Positions 18,876 to 27,633 of a stretch of 33,809 nt of DNA are shown piece by piece (position 1 is the first letter of the stretch; each line of letters opens with the position of its first letter). The translations under genes and the position numbers were made by a program. The notes under the pieces were generated by a model. The model was not told where the DNA came from, did no database searches, and was given only the letters and a program-made list of their open reading frames with translations. The DNA is from Candidatus Heimdallarchaeota archaeon (GTDB taxonomy: Archaea > Asgardarchaeota > Heimdallarchaeia > JABLTI01): assembly GCA_019056785.1 (NCBI GenBank), contig DXJV01000079.1, positions 1 through 33,809 on the forward strand. Direction: 5' to 3'.

Positions 18876-19697
18876 CTATTGTGCAATATAGTAAATATCT
18901 TCGTTTTTATTTTTTGGTGCAATGGCAAAGATCAACCCTTTGGCTAATAAACTATTGATAATTCTTTGTTCTTCTTTTCTCCTTCGTTTGGTAAGTCTTC
19001 TAATGGCTTCAAGAGTGATTCCTTTCTTTTCTTTTATTGAATGTTCCATAATGATCCGTGCAGTAAGATTCTCGTCTTTTGGAAGTGACAGCAAAACGTC
19101 AACTTCAAATAGGCTATTACAAATGGTTTTAGGTGCTTGCTTTTCTTCCTCGCTTTTGAGGAGCGATGCCAAAAAACGGCTATAGTCTACCAGTAAATTT
19201 TGACAAAATTCTTGATTGAGATGATTTATTGTCGTTATGGCTTTCAGTTTCTCGATTAAGAAAACTTCTGTTTGGGTATAAAACTTCCGGACTAATGCCA
19301 ATTGTTCTTCATTAGCAACTAGACAGAAAATACCATTGCGGTTAACTTGAAGCCGTTCATCAGTTTCAAAGCCTGATCCTCGAAGATTAATGTCTATTGC
19401 TATAGCAAAACATTCTGTCGCTGGAATTTGTAAGATACCACGTATTTTTCCTGGGCCATAATTATCGGTCTCGAACCCTGTCATAAAAGCCGTGAAACCT
19501 TTTATTGCTAGGTATGTTGCAGCATTCTCGTCGAGATGTGAAATGTTGATAAAAGGTTCAGGGCCCAGATCGCTCATGATAATTACAACTGCGCCAAATT
19601 CTTGCTTAATAGCACTCTCTTCAGTCATAGGTGAAATTCCTTGCCTTTGGCTTGTAAGTTGATTCGATTCTATTTTGTCTTCACTTGAATAAAACAT
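18876..19697 (-). CDS. Hypothetical protein, possible longin/uDENN-like N-domain and C-terminal winged helix (start may be ATG 19629)
   Basis: AVVIIMSDLGPEP N-terminal motif; C-terminal ITLEAIRRLT...IINSLLAKGLI wHTH-like pattern. Confidence 0.7.
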   Translation of the reverse strand: MFYSSEDKIESNQLTSQRQGISPMTEESAIKQEFGAVVIIMSDLGPEPFINISHLDENAATYLAIKGFTAFMTGFETDNYGPGKIRGILQIPATECFAIAIDINLRGSGFETDERLQVNRNGIFCLVANEEQLALVRKFYTQTEVFLIEKLKAITTINHLNQEFCQNLLVDYSRFLASLLKSEEEKQAPKTICNSLFEVDVLLSLPKDENLTARIIMEHSIKEKKGITLEAIRRLTKRRRKEEQRIINSLLAKGLIFAIAPKNKNEDIYYIAQ

Positions 19698-19882
19698 TTT
19701 AACCTATCTATTTAACGATTTATTTTGTTTTTATACCCGGCAAAATTTCTTTATCTTTTTTCAATTAGTCAGAAGACTATTAAAGATGCCTTCCAGAATA
19801 AAGTCACTTCCATCGAAAAAATAAAAAAGAAGGCCTAAAAAAAAGGAGTATAACTTGACTACAGCAACTAGAGGTAAATTAC

Positions 19883-20194
19883 ATGAGCATAAAAAGTATT
19901 CGAGAGGCAGAAAAGAAAGCTGAAGAGATCATTCAAAAAGCAAAACAGAAGGCGCAGGAATCCATCCGTCGCGCCCAAAAAGAATCAAGCGCATTACTCA
20001 CTAAAGCTAGGGAAGAGGCCAATATGGAAATTGAAACTGCAAAGAAGGAATCAGCAAAGCGCGTTCAAAAAGCAGAGAAACAGATCAAGGCTGAAACCTC
20101 AAAACAGCTTGAAACGATTGAAGAATCAAGCAAAAAAAATCAAAAACAAGCAGTAAAAATTGTTGTAGAAGCAATTACAAAACTCGAGAAATAA
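19883..20194 (+). CDS. atpH: A/V-type ATP synthase peripheral-stalk subunit H (G-like)
   Basis: IKSIREAEKKAEEII.KAK..A coiled coil; C-terminal AVKIVVEAI; adjacent to subunit F; GAGGT RBS. Confidence 0.8.
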   Translation: MSIKSIREAEKKAEEIIQKAKQKAQESIRRAQKESSALLTKAREEANMEIETAKKESAKRVQKAEKQIKAETSKQLETIEESSKKNQKQAVKIVVEAITKLEK

Positions 20195-20241
20195 CATTCA
20201 TTACAATTTTAATTGGTAATCATATACACAAAAAGGATTGA

Positions 20242-20607
20242 TTGAAGACAATGAAAATTGTCAGTTTAACAAATGCAGAAGTTGCCATGGGTCTCCGTCT
20301 CGGTGGGATCAAAGAATGTCACATTGTTGATGATCCAACCAAAGCAACTGAAAAATTACGGGAGCTTTCACTTGACCCAGAAACCGGCATCTTAATTGTT
20401 GATGATGAAATTGCACGCTTAAACCACAAACTCATCGATGAAGTTCGAGCAAATAAGAAGGCCTTTCCAATAATAGTCGAGTTACAATCAAAAGAGCGGA
20501 AAGGTGTTGTAGAAGGTGTTGACCCTCTGAAGGACCTAATTAAACGTGCAATAGGTGTGGACATTTCTGCTGCAAAAAGTGAAGAAGAAAGCAAGTTAAA
20601 TCTCTAG
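20242..20607 (+). CDS. atpF: A/V-type ATP synthase subunit F
   Basis: MGLRLGGI, GILIVDD, FPIIVEL and LIKRAIGVDI motifs. Confidence 0.9.
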   Translation: MKTMKIVSLTNAEVAMGLRLGGIKECHIVDDPTKATEKLRELSLDPETGILIVDDEIARLNHKLIDEVRANKKAFPIIVELQSKERKGVVEGVDPLKDLIKRAIGVDISAAKSEEESKLNL

Positions 20608-20675
20608 TTGTTTTTCATCCATTTTTTCTTTTCCCGAGTACAATAAATCTAAGGTTTAAAATCAGCTAATTAATT

Positions 20676-22718
20676 GTGGCAAGCAACAAAATGAAGAAGC
20701 GTCGGAAAACAGCCCCTTTTCTGGGAGCTTTTAAATTGAATTGGTGTGACTCCTGTAATATCCCCATACTTGATAAAAGAACATGTGACTTATGCCATGG
20801 TGCAGCACGCAAGGTGATCATCGCTCCCCCAGGTGATGTCCGTCCGGCTTTTAAGGGGGACCTAATTCGCTTCAGCAAAATCATTAACAAAGCTTTTGGC
20901 AAAGGAAGTGCAAAGGCACTTGGCTTATCCACCAAGAAAATTGTTTTGGTTAATGAAGGCAGTTTTGATGACCTTATGGAAGAAGTGATAATTGATGGAC
21001 AGGTAATGGGTTCCTTTCGTTATGAACTTGCCCGCAAGTGCTGGGATTTTCATCCAAAGTTTGTAGGCGCACAACGACTGTTTGAAGGGCGAAAAGCCAA
21101 AAGACGTTATGTTATTGTTGATGAAAGTGCTGTGAAATATATTGAAAAAGGGTATAATGTCCTTTCTCCAGGCGTTCTAAAGGTTGACCCGCAGCTAAAG
21201 ATAGGTGATAGTGCTGTAGCTCTTTCTCCAAAAGGAAAAGTCCTCTCTGTAGGAATTATGAAAATTAATGGGAAGAATTTTGACCGGACAAAAAAAGGCG
21301 TTGTTCTGAAGCCAAAGTTTTATTGCCGCAATTCTCCTCCTGCCCCTCTTGGCAATAGTCGCTCAAAAAACCAAAATTGGCCTGCTGTTATCCGGGCAAA
21401 TAGTGCTATTTTAAATAATTATGAACAAGGTGCCTTGCAATCGATAATGCGGATATATAATAAATATCCTCATCTTGTTCCTTCCGTTTCTTTTAGTGGG
21501 GGAAAAGATTCGCTCGTTTGTCTTCAACTTGCCAATAAAATCCCTAACTTTAATTTCAAAGTTCTTTTTGTTAATACAAGTTTGGAATTTCCAGAAACAC
21601 TCGAGTATATCGAAAAAGTTATCGAGAAAATGGGGTTAAGAGAGCGTTTCTGCCGAAAAGATATCCCTGAAGAGATTTTCTGGCAAGCTATAAGAAATTA
21701 CGGCCCGCCGGGAAAAGATTATCGCTTTTGCTGTAAATTGTTGAAAATTGGCCCTGTGAATGAATTAATTGATGACTGTATTGGCAAAAAGAGTTTAAGT
21801 TTAGTGGGGCAAAGAGCCTATGAAAGCATTGCCCGAGCCCAAAGCAAGAAGCTATGGGAGAACCCTTGGATACCAAATCAATTGAACTTTTCGCCAATAC
21901 AAAAGTGGACCGCTTTACATATTTGGCTTTACATTTTTCGTGAGAAACTTTATTATAATCCCCTCTATGAAAAAGGCTTTTCGCGAATTGGTTGCTGGCT
22001 CTGTCCAGCCAGTACTCAAGGAACATTTGAAATCATTAAAAATGTCAAACCTACTCTTTGGAAGAAATGGTCCGCCTTTTTGAAAGAATGGCAGAAACGC
22101 AATAAATTCCCACCGGAATGGCTCTCGTGGGGCCTTTGGCGCTGGAAAAAACTCCCGAAAAAAATACTGGACCTCGCAGAACGGTATAAAGTCGATCTTT
22201 CAACGATTACAAAAAGTGCTAGCAAGAACATTGGAGAGTGGGAACTCGGATTTACCTTACAAGAAGGCTTTGCTACCTGTAAATCCGGTGATATTGTCTT
22301 TGAGGGGGCGTTTACTATGCCACTTTCTCTCCCCCGCATTAAACCTTTCTGGGAAATTTTCGGGAAAGCAGATTTGGATGAAGAGCTCGGCCTGCTAACA
22401 CTTACAACCCCTGCCGGGGAAGTGGTGACAATGTCTGCAGATGGGGCTATAACTGCCAAAGGAAAAACAATAAAAGGCGTTAAAACAGCCCTCAAAAATT
22501 TGGTGTTAGAAGTCTTTCGAACAGAAGATTGTACAGGCTGTAAAGTCTGCCTTTCTCATTGTACTGCCAATGCCCTTTTTATTAATCCTACAACAAATCA
22601 AATTGAGCTCTTAGCGGAAGAATGTACACATTGTGCGAATTGCCATTACCGGTGTCCAGTCATTAAATTTGGTCATAGAGAAATAGAAGAGCTCTTCTCT
22701 GAAGAGAACAACTCATAA
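20676..22718 (+). CDS. PUA-domain phosphoadenosine phosphosulfate reductase-family protein with N-terminal Zn ribbon and C-terminal 4Fe-4S dicluster
   Basis: WCDSC..CDLC; PPGDVRPA; PUA region; PP-loop SFSGGKDS; FCCKLLK; GQRAYES; RIGCWLCP; CTGCKVCLSHC and CTHCANCHYRCP. Confidence 0.9.
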   Translation: MASNKMKKRRKTAPFLGAFKLNWCDSCNIPILDKRTCDLCHGAARKVIIAPPGDVRPAFKGDLIRFSKIINKAFGKGSAKALGLSTKKIVLVNEGSFDDLMEEVIIDGQVMGSFRYELARKCWDFHPKFVGAQRLFEGRKAKRRYVIVDESAVKYIEKGYNVLSPGVLKVDPQLKIGDSAVALSPKGKVLSVGIMKINGKNFDRTKKGVVLKPKFYCRNSPPAPLGNSRSKNQNWPAVIRANSAILNNYEQGALQSIMRIYNKYPHLVPSVSFSGGKDSLVCLQLANKIPNFNFKVLFVNTSLEFPETLEYIEKVIEKMGLRERFCRKDIPEEIFWQAIRNYGPPGKDYRFCCKLLKIGPVNELIDDCIGKKSLSLVGQRAYESIARAQSKKLWENPWIPNQLNFSPIQKWTALHIWLYIFREKLYYNPLYEKGFSRIGCWLCPASTQGTFEIIKNVKPTLWKKWSAFLKEWQKRNKFPPEWLSWGLWRWKKLPKKILDLAERYKVDLSTITKSASKNIGEWELGFTLQEGFATCKSGDIVFEGAFTMPLSLPRIKPFWEIFGKADLDEELGLLTLTTPAGEVVTMSADGAITAKGKTIKGVKTALKNLVLEVFRTEDCTGCKVCLSHCTANALFINPTTNQIELLAEECTHCANCHYRCPVIKFGHREIEELFSEENNS

Positions 22719-22723
22719 ACTTT

Positions 22724-23065
22724 TCATTTCGACTTTAAGAACATGATAGCTTTTGCAATATCACCATCTGACTCGAGTAGGGCATTCTCTGCTTCTTCTT
22801 CCGAGACGCTGGTTTGGGAAGCAACAAGTTGAATGTCTTCATCAGAAATTTCAATTTCGATTATCTCAACATCCGAGCGCTCTCTTTTTGTTGCATTTCC
22901 TGTCACTTGGTAGACTTCTGTTCCCATCATCATTCTTGTGACTTCGGCATTTGGGATAACCAGTTCGTAATCGGCAAAACGAATGATCACTTCTTCTACT
23001 CCTTTCAATTCTGTCATCTTCATTCGCTTCATCATTTTCTGGAGATCTCGTTGATTGAGTGCCAT
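22724..23065 (-). CDS. nac: Nascent polypeptide-associated complex protein
   Basis: MMKRMKMTEL.GVEEVII, YQVTG, UBA-like EDIQLVASQT...GDIAKAIMFL. Confidence 0.95.
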   Translation of the reverse strand: MALNQRDLQKMMKRMKMTELKGVEEVIIRFADYELVIPNAEVTRMMMGTEVYQVTGNATKRERSDVEIIEIEISDEDIQLVASQTSVSEEEAENALLESDGDIAKAIMFLKSK

Positions 23066-23442
23066 AATTATCGCCTTTAGCTAGATTATCTATGGAGCTT
23101 TATATGTTTTCATCTTTAAAATCCATCGTTAACATTAAAATTACTTATAATCGCTCCTTTCTATTTTTACTCTCGTTTTATTAAAAAAACGCCCTTAGTT
23201 TCACTATCTAATGCTTTTTCTACTCTCGTTTTTTTACTATATCTGATAAATAATTCTGCAGTTTAAACGATAAAATAATCTTAGCTTAGAGTGTGCTTCA
23301 AGTTCCAGACGTTTTTTGGCATTTGGTGAGAAGTAAATGACAATCAGGGTAAATTGATGACTCAGAAAAAAGATAAATCACTCTAAAATAAATAATCTGT
23401 TGTAAAAAAGGAATTCTTGAATGACTTATTGAATAGCTAGAT

Positions 23443-23826
23443 TTACCAACTTGCTACATCAACTCGCCATTCATCATTGTCTTCTTCGTCTTTTACAACA
23501 TGAATAGGTACTTGGCCACTGCCCTGAGGTTTGCCTTCTTTATTTAATCGATAAAAGAAGAACTTAATTCTCTTGTCCGAACTTTGATTTTCAACTTTAT
23601 TTTTAAATTTGTAAGAATAGCCCAATTCATCAACATATTTTCGTCCGGTGCGCCAATAGAGATCAGGAGAGGAACCGTATTTATCAGCTTGCTCGCGGTG
23701 GCGTTTCCTGAATGTTTTCAACCATTCTTCTCTGTTGTTTTCTATCAGAAGCTCATAGTGAAGGGTCGCAATCTCTTCAGGGCTCATGCCTGGTTTGACT
23801 TTTTTTTCAGTCATTTTAATCAACAA
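23443..23826 (-). CDS. Hypothetical protein, possibly NTF2-like fold (start may be ATG 23814)
   Basis: SPEEIA..Y..L N-terminal helix and C-terminal VVKD....EWRV hairpin typical of NTF2-like DUFs. Confidence 0.6.
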   Translation of the reverse strand: MLIKMTEKKVKPGMSPEEIATLHYELLIENNREEWLKTFRKRHREQADKYGSSPDLYWRTGRKYVDELGYSYKFKNKVENQSSDKRIKFFFYRLNKEGKPQGSGQVPIHVVKDEEDNDEWRVDVASW

Positions 23827-23867
23827 AAGCTAATCCCTTTTTATTGTAAATAATCTTTTCTGTTTGG

Positions 23868-24977
23868 TTATTGCGGATTAAAAAGCTTGGCAATTTTCTT
23901 TTTTAATGGTTGCCGTAAAATCCCTTTTGCTGTAATAATACCCGTAATGTTTTCTGCAGGAGTGACATCGAAAGCTGGATTTTTATTTGGCGAGTTGGGA
24001 TTATGTATGAGCCTGCGTTTTGGCTTCTGATCCTTGCTGCTCTCGACACATAAAACTGTCCGGACTTCTTCCTCGGAACGTTCTTCTATAATAATCTCTT
24101 CGCCCTTTTTCGTTTGTAAATCAAATGTGCTTAAAGGAGCAGCAACGAAAAAGGGCACATGATGTTCTTTACACAACACACTTATCGTATATGTTCCGAT
24201 TTTGTTCGCTACATCGCCATTAACAGTTATTCTATCAGCCCCAACAATGACGAGATCAATTACTCCTTTTTTCAAATAATGGCCAATAGCATTGTCTGTA
24301 ATTATCAGGTGGTCAATGCCTTCATTCGCAAGTTCCCAAGCAGTAAGTCGCCCTCCTTGAAGTCGGGGGCGGGTTTCAGGAACAAAAACAGTGAATCTCT
24401 TACCACGCTTATGAGCTTCTCGAATTGGAGCAAGAGCTGTTCCATAATCGACAGTCGCTAAGGCACCAGCATTGCAATAAGTTAAAACTGATTTTGTTTT
24501 CAGTGTAAAAAGTTCTGCACCTACCTCACCAATTTTTTTGCATTCACTCAAAGTTGCTTCCAATAGTTTTTTAGCTTGTAGTTTTAATTGTTGTATATTT
24601 TCCCTATTAGTCCGGTTAACATCTATCGTTTTCTGCATAATCTCTAAATTATTGAAGAGGTCGACTGCTGTTGGTCTCGTTTTTAAGAGGATGTTTTTAG
24701 CTTCTTTCAATTTCTTTACAAATACTTCCCTACTTGTATTAGCAGATTGTTGTGCAGCAAGTACCATCCCAAAAGCTGCTGTTATACCAATTAAGGGCGC
24801 CCCTCGCACAACCATTTCTTTTATTGCAAAGGCCACTTCGTTGAGTGTCCTCGCTTCAAAAATTTCGAACAGAAAAGGAAGCCTCCGTTGGTCAATTACT
24901 TTTATTATTTTCCTTTCTTCATCCCACCAAAGAGAGGGGTAATCACCTGCTTTTGTATTTTTCTGCTGTACTTTCAA
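23868..24977 (-). CDS. mtnA: S-methyl-5-thioribose-1-phosphate isomerase (eIF2B-like family)
   Basis: IDQRRLP, MVVRGAPLIG, RPTAVDL, CNAGALAT, ETRPRLQG, VGADRI, ANKIGTY, NPAFDVTP. Confidence 0.9.
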   Translation of the reverse strand: MKVQQKNTKAGDYPSLWWDEERKIIKVIDQRRLPFLFEIFEARTLNEVAFAIKEMVVRGAPLIGITAAFGMVLAAQQSANTSREVFVKKLKEAKNILLKTRPTAVDLFNNLEIMQKTIDVNRTNRENIQQLKLQAKKLLEATLSECKKIGEVGAELFTLKTKSVLTYCNAGALATVDYGTALAPIREAHKRGKRFTVFVPETRPRLQGGRLTAWELANEGIDHLIITDNAIGHYLKKGVIDLVIVGADRITVNGDVANKIGTYTISVLCKEHHVPFFVAAPLSTFDLQTKKGEEIIIEERSEEEVRTVLCVESSKDQKPKRRLIHNPNSPNKNPAFDVTPAENITGIITAKGILRQPLKKKIAKLFNPQ

Positions 24978-25010
24978 CGTTACTAAAGCCTCAGGAAATG
25001 TTAATACTAC

Positions 25011-25769
25011 CTATTCATATTGGAGTGGAAGCTCGCAGAAAATATAGACATTTTTCTCGCCAAATTCGTCTTTAAATCGTTTTATTGTTGGCTTCCATTT
25101 ATTGCCCATTCCTGCAAGGACAAAGATACCGCCAATTTTTGCCATCGATTTTTGCACCAGTTCAACCATCATTTCGAGTGTCGTTCCAGTACGGCAACTA
25201 TCTTCAATAATTAATACACGATCATCTATTGTTAAGAGTCCTTTTGGCAGATTCAAAGACAGCAATTCACCGGTGGATTCTTGGGGAAAGTGCACTTTTA
25301 CAAACTCTCGAACCCCAAGGTCTCGAGTTCGTTTTGCAATGGCAATTTCAACTCCAAGTTCAGTTGCAAGATGAACTGCTATTGGCAATCCTTCAGGAGC
25401 AACTGCCCCAATTTTTGTTATGCGAGCATCTTTGAAATTGTCAGCGACATATTGCGCGACCAATTTGAGTAAAAATGTATTGCCAAGGAGCATTGTTGTA
25501 TCGAAATACCCTTTAAAAAAGACGAGTTGATCCTTTACTAACTGTTCTACCTCGAGATTTTCTTTTGCTTTTCGGATGATCTCATCTGCCCGATCGGATG
25601 CCGGTAAAACGTGTCCACGGATATAACGATTAAGCACTACTTTCGAGTATCCTAAAAGCTTGCTGAGTTCGTCATAAGAATGATATCTTTTTAGCATTCG
25701 TAATAATTCTATGGCTCGTATGCGTTTACGAACATCTTCTAAGTACGTTGTCATCTTAGCTACCTCCAC
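25011..25769 (-). CDS. HTH-phosphoribosyltransferase fusion (archaeal PurR/adenine PRTase-like regulator)
   Basis: N-terminal SYDELSKLLG....LNRYIRGHVLP HTH; PRPP-binding loop RVLIIEDSCRTGTT. Confidence 0.88.
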   Translation of the reverse strand: MEVAKMTTYLEDVRKRIRAIELLRMLKRYHSYDELSKLLGYSKVVLNRYIRGHVLPASDRADEIIRKAKENLEVEQLVKDQLVFFKGYFDTTMLLGNTFLLKLVAQYVADNFKDARITKIGAVAPEGLPIAVHLATELGVEIAIAKRTRDLGVREFVKVHFPQESTGELLSLNLPKGLLTIDDRVLIIEDSCRTGTTLEMMVELVQKSMAKIGGIFVLAGMGNKWKPTIKRFKDEFGEKNVYIFCELPLQYE

Positions 25770-26132
25770 TCGAGTAAATAACTAGTTCATGTTAATTACT
25801 TTTTACAGTGTTTTTTTAAAGATATTAACTTAATTGTTGATTTTTAAGCTATAATTGTTTGCCTTTTTTTACTCCCAACTCAAACTTTTTCTGTATTACA
25901 CGCTTCTTGATGGAAGCAGTTAATTAATTTTATTGTAAGAAAAAGCTTACATGAAAGAACATTGCAAGAGTTTCACTAGTTAGCCAATTATGTATATACT
26001 TTCATACAATGAAATGTTTTTATGGGTGTTTTCTTCTCTCTTTTTCTTCTTTTTTAGTCTATTTAATCAGTTATAAAGCAATCTAATTACCTTTAAATAA
26101 AATCAAGTTCTAACAAAGATTGTGGGTTTCCA

Positions 26133-27044
26133 ATGAAAAAGAAAATTGAAATCAATACTATGATGGCTCGCAATGTTTATTTCACAGAGTCCTTTGAATT
26201 TATTAAAAAACTCTTGGGGCAATTTTTTGACTTTCAAGTTCCCGAGAAGGCAAAGGAAATTCACAAACAGAATAAACCTTTCGATTATACAGATGAATTC
26301 CGTGTCTATGGCACAGCAGAACGTGGCATCAACTATCATTCATATTATAAAGCTTCTGAAAAAGAAATGCGCAAACCACTGTTATATACCGTTTCTTGCG
26401 AAACTTTTGGTTTTCCGGATGTGTGGTTAAAATTCACGATCAGTTCTCAAGATGGATTAATCTTTGAATTCGATATTACGGATGAGACCATCGCCAAGAA
26501 AGTTGTAGACCTGTTCGAGAGTGAATATGGTTATTGCCGTAAGCAGTCAAAGGATGAGATATTCGATGAAATCCTTCAGGAACTGCGCACTCGAGGTTCA
26601 GAAGACAATGGGCAATACGGTATCAAGATGGGTTTAAAAGCTATCAAGCTCTATCCAGACGACTTTTGGGCGCGTTTCTATCTTGGGTGTGCCTATGCAC
26701 TTAATAATCAACATAAAAAAGCAATTGAACATCTAAGATACGCAATAAAATGCGACCCCAAAAGCTATGACGCCTACTATAACCTCGGGAAAAGTTACCT
26801 GCAATTAGAAGAACTCGAACAAGCAAAAGAGGCTCTGTCAAAGGCTTTATCTCTCGCAAAAGAAAGCCATGCAATCAATTATTATCTGGCTGTCGTTCTG
26901 GAAAAACTCGGCGAAAAAGATGAAGCTGTAAAATATTACCAACGGGCAATAGAGCTTGCACCAGAAAGTCTCCCGGAGACAAAACGGGTGATAAAAAGTT
27001 TTTATGAGGATGCAAAGAAACGCTTGAAAGAACTTAAGCAGTAA
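26133..27044 (+). CDS. Tetratricopeptide-repeat protein with uncharacterised N-terminal domain
   Basis: C-terminal TPRs (ARFYLGCAY...AIEHLRYAIKCDP; AYYNLGKSY; YYLAVVL...AVKYYQRAIELAP). Confidence 0.88.
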   Translation: MKKKIEINTMMARNVYFTESFEFIKKLLGQFFDFQVPEKAKEIHKQNKPFDYTDEFRVYGTAERGINYHSYYKASEKEMRKPLLYTVSCETFGFPDVWLKFTISSQDGLIFEFDITDETIAKKVVDLFESEYGYCRKQSKDEIFDEILQELRTRGSEDNGQYGIKMGLKAIKLYPDDFWARFYLGCAYALNNQHKKAIEHLRYAIKCDPKSYDAYYNLGKSYLQLEELEQAKEALSKALSLAKESHAINYYLAVVLEKLGEKDEAVKYYQRAIELAPESLPETKRVIKSFYEDAKKRLKELKQ

Positions 27045-27088
27045 GTAATTCCATTACCAAAGAAAAATGAATGAGGGGGTTATAGTTC

Positions 27089-27499
27089 TTAATCTACCCC
27101 TCGTAAATCTGTGTGTGGTAAATATTTCGATTGAACGCTTTTACTCAAATCGCCAATGTTTGCATTCGAAAGGACAACAAGGGGAGCGTTTATCCCTACC
27201 CGTTCACCTGTGGATACAAGAATCCCTATTCTGCGTGCAGAATCAGCTCGACGTCTTGCTGTTCGTTGTGTTACTATGCCAGAACCTTGAGCATAAACTA
27301 ATGTCCATTTGTTTTCCTCCCCATTGTATAGGAGGATAGCATCAGAGCCATTCTGACTTGCATAGCTTTCTAATTTCGCAGGTTCTTCAGCTAAGTATGA
27401 GAAATACTGTTCAACAAGGTCCGTTTTGTTAATCTCCTGAAATTCATCTTTATCTCTTAGGTATACAAAACAATGCTTTTTTGCCAAGATGGTTTTCAC
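27089..27499 (-). CDS. Hypothetical protein, possible single-domain gelsolin-like fold
   Basis: DAILLY....KWTLVY..GSGIVTQRTARRRADS pattern (two strands, then GS and a long helix). Confidence 0.6.
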   Translation of the reverse strand: MKTILAKKHCFVYLRDKDEFQEINKTDLVEQYFSYLAEEPAKLESYASQNGSDAILLYNGEENKWTLVYAQGSGIVTQRTARRRADSARRIGILVSTGERVGINAPLVVLSNANIGDLSKSVQSKYLPHTDLRGVD

Positions 27500-27633
27500 T
27501 CCATAGCATTTTATAATTTGTTTTAATTTTGTAGGATGTTTCCATCAGTTTTATATCAAAAAGTATATCATTATTTGCCTTTATAAAATAACTATTAAGG
27601 CAAACAACAAAAGAATTCATGTTTGGTATGGTT

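Noticed and set aside
23350-23435. Box C-like TGATGA suggesting a C/D guide sRNA
   Set aside because: No box D (CTGA) lies at a suitable distance downstream.
23868-24977. eIF2B subunit or ribose-1,5-bisphosphate isomerase call
   Set aside because: The N-terminal IDQRRLP, CNAGALAT and ETRP.LQG.RLTAWEL motifs favour the MtnA subfamily.
25770-26132. 363-bp AT-rich gap as an ncRNA or origin
   Set aside because: Only short AT palindromes (AACTAGTT, TTAATTAA) are present, which is consistent with divergent promoters; no convincing structure or repeats.
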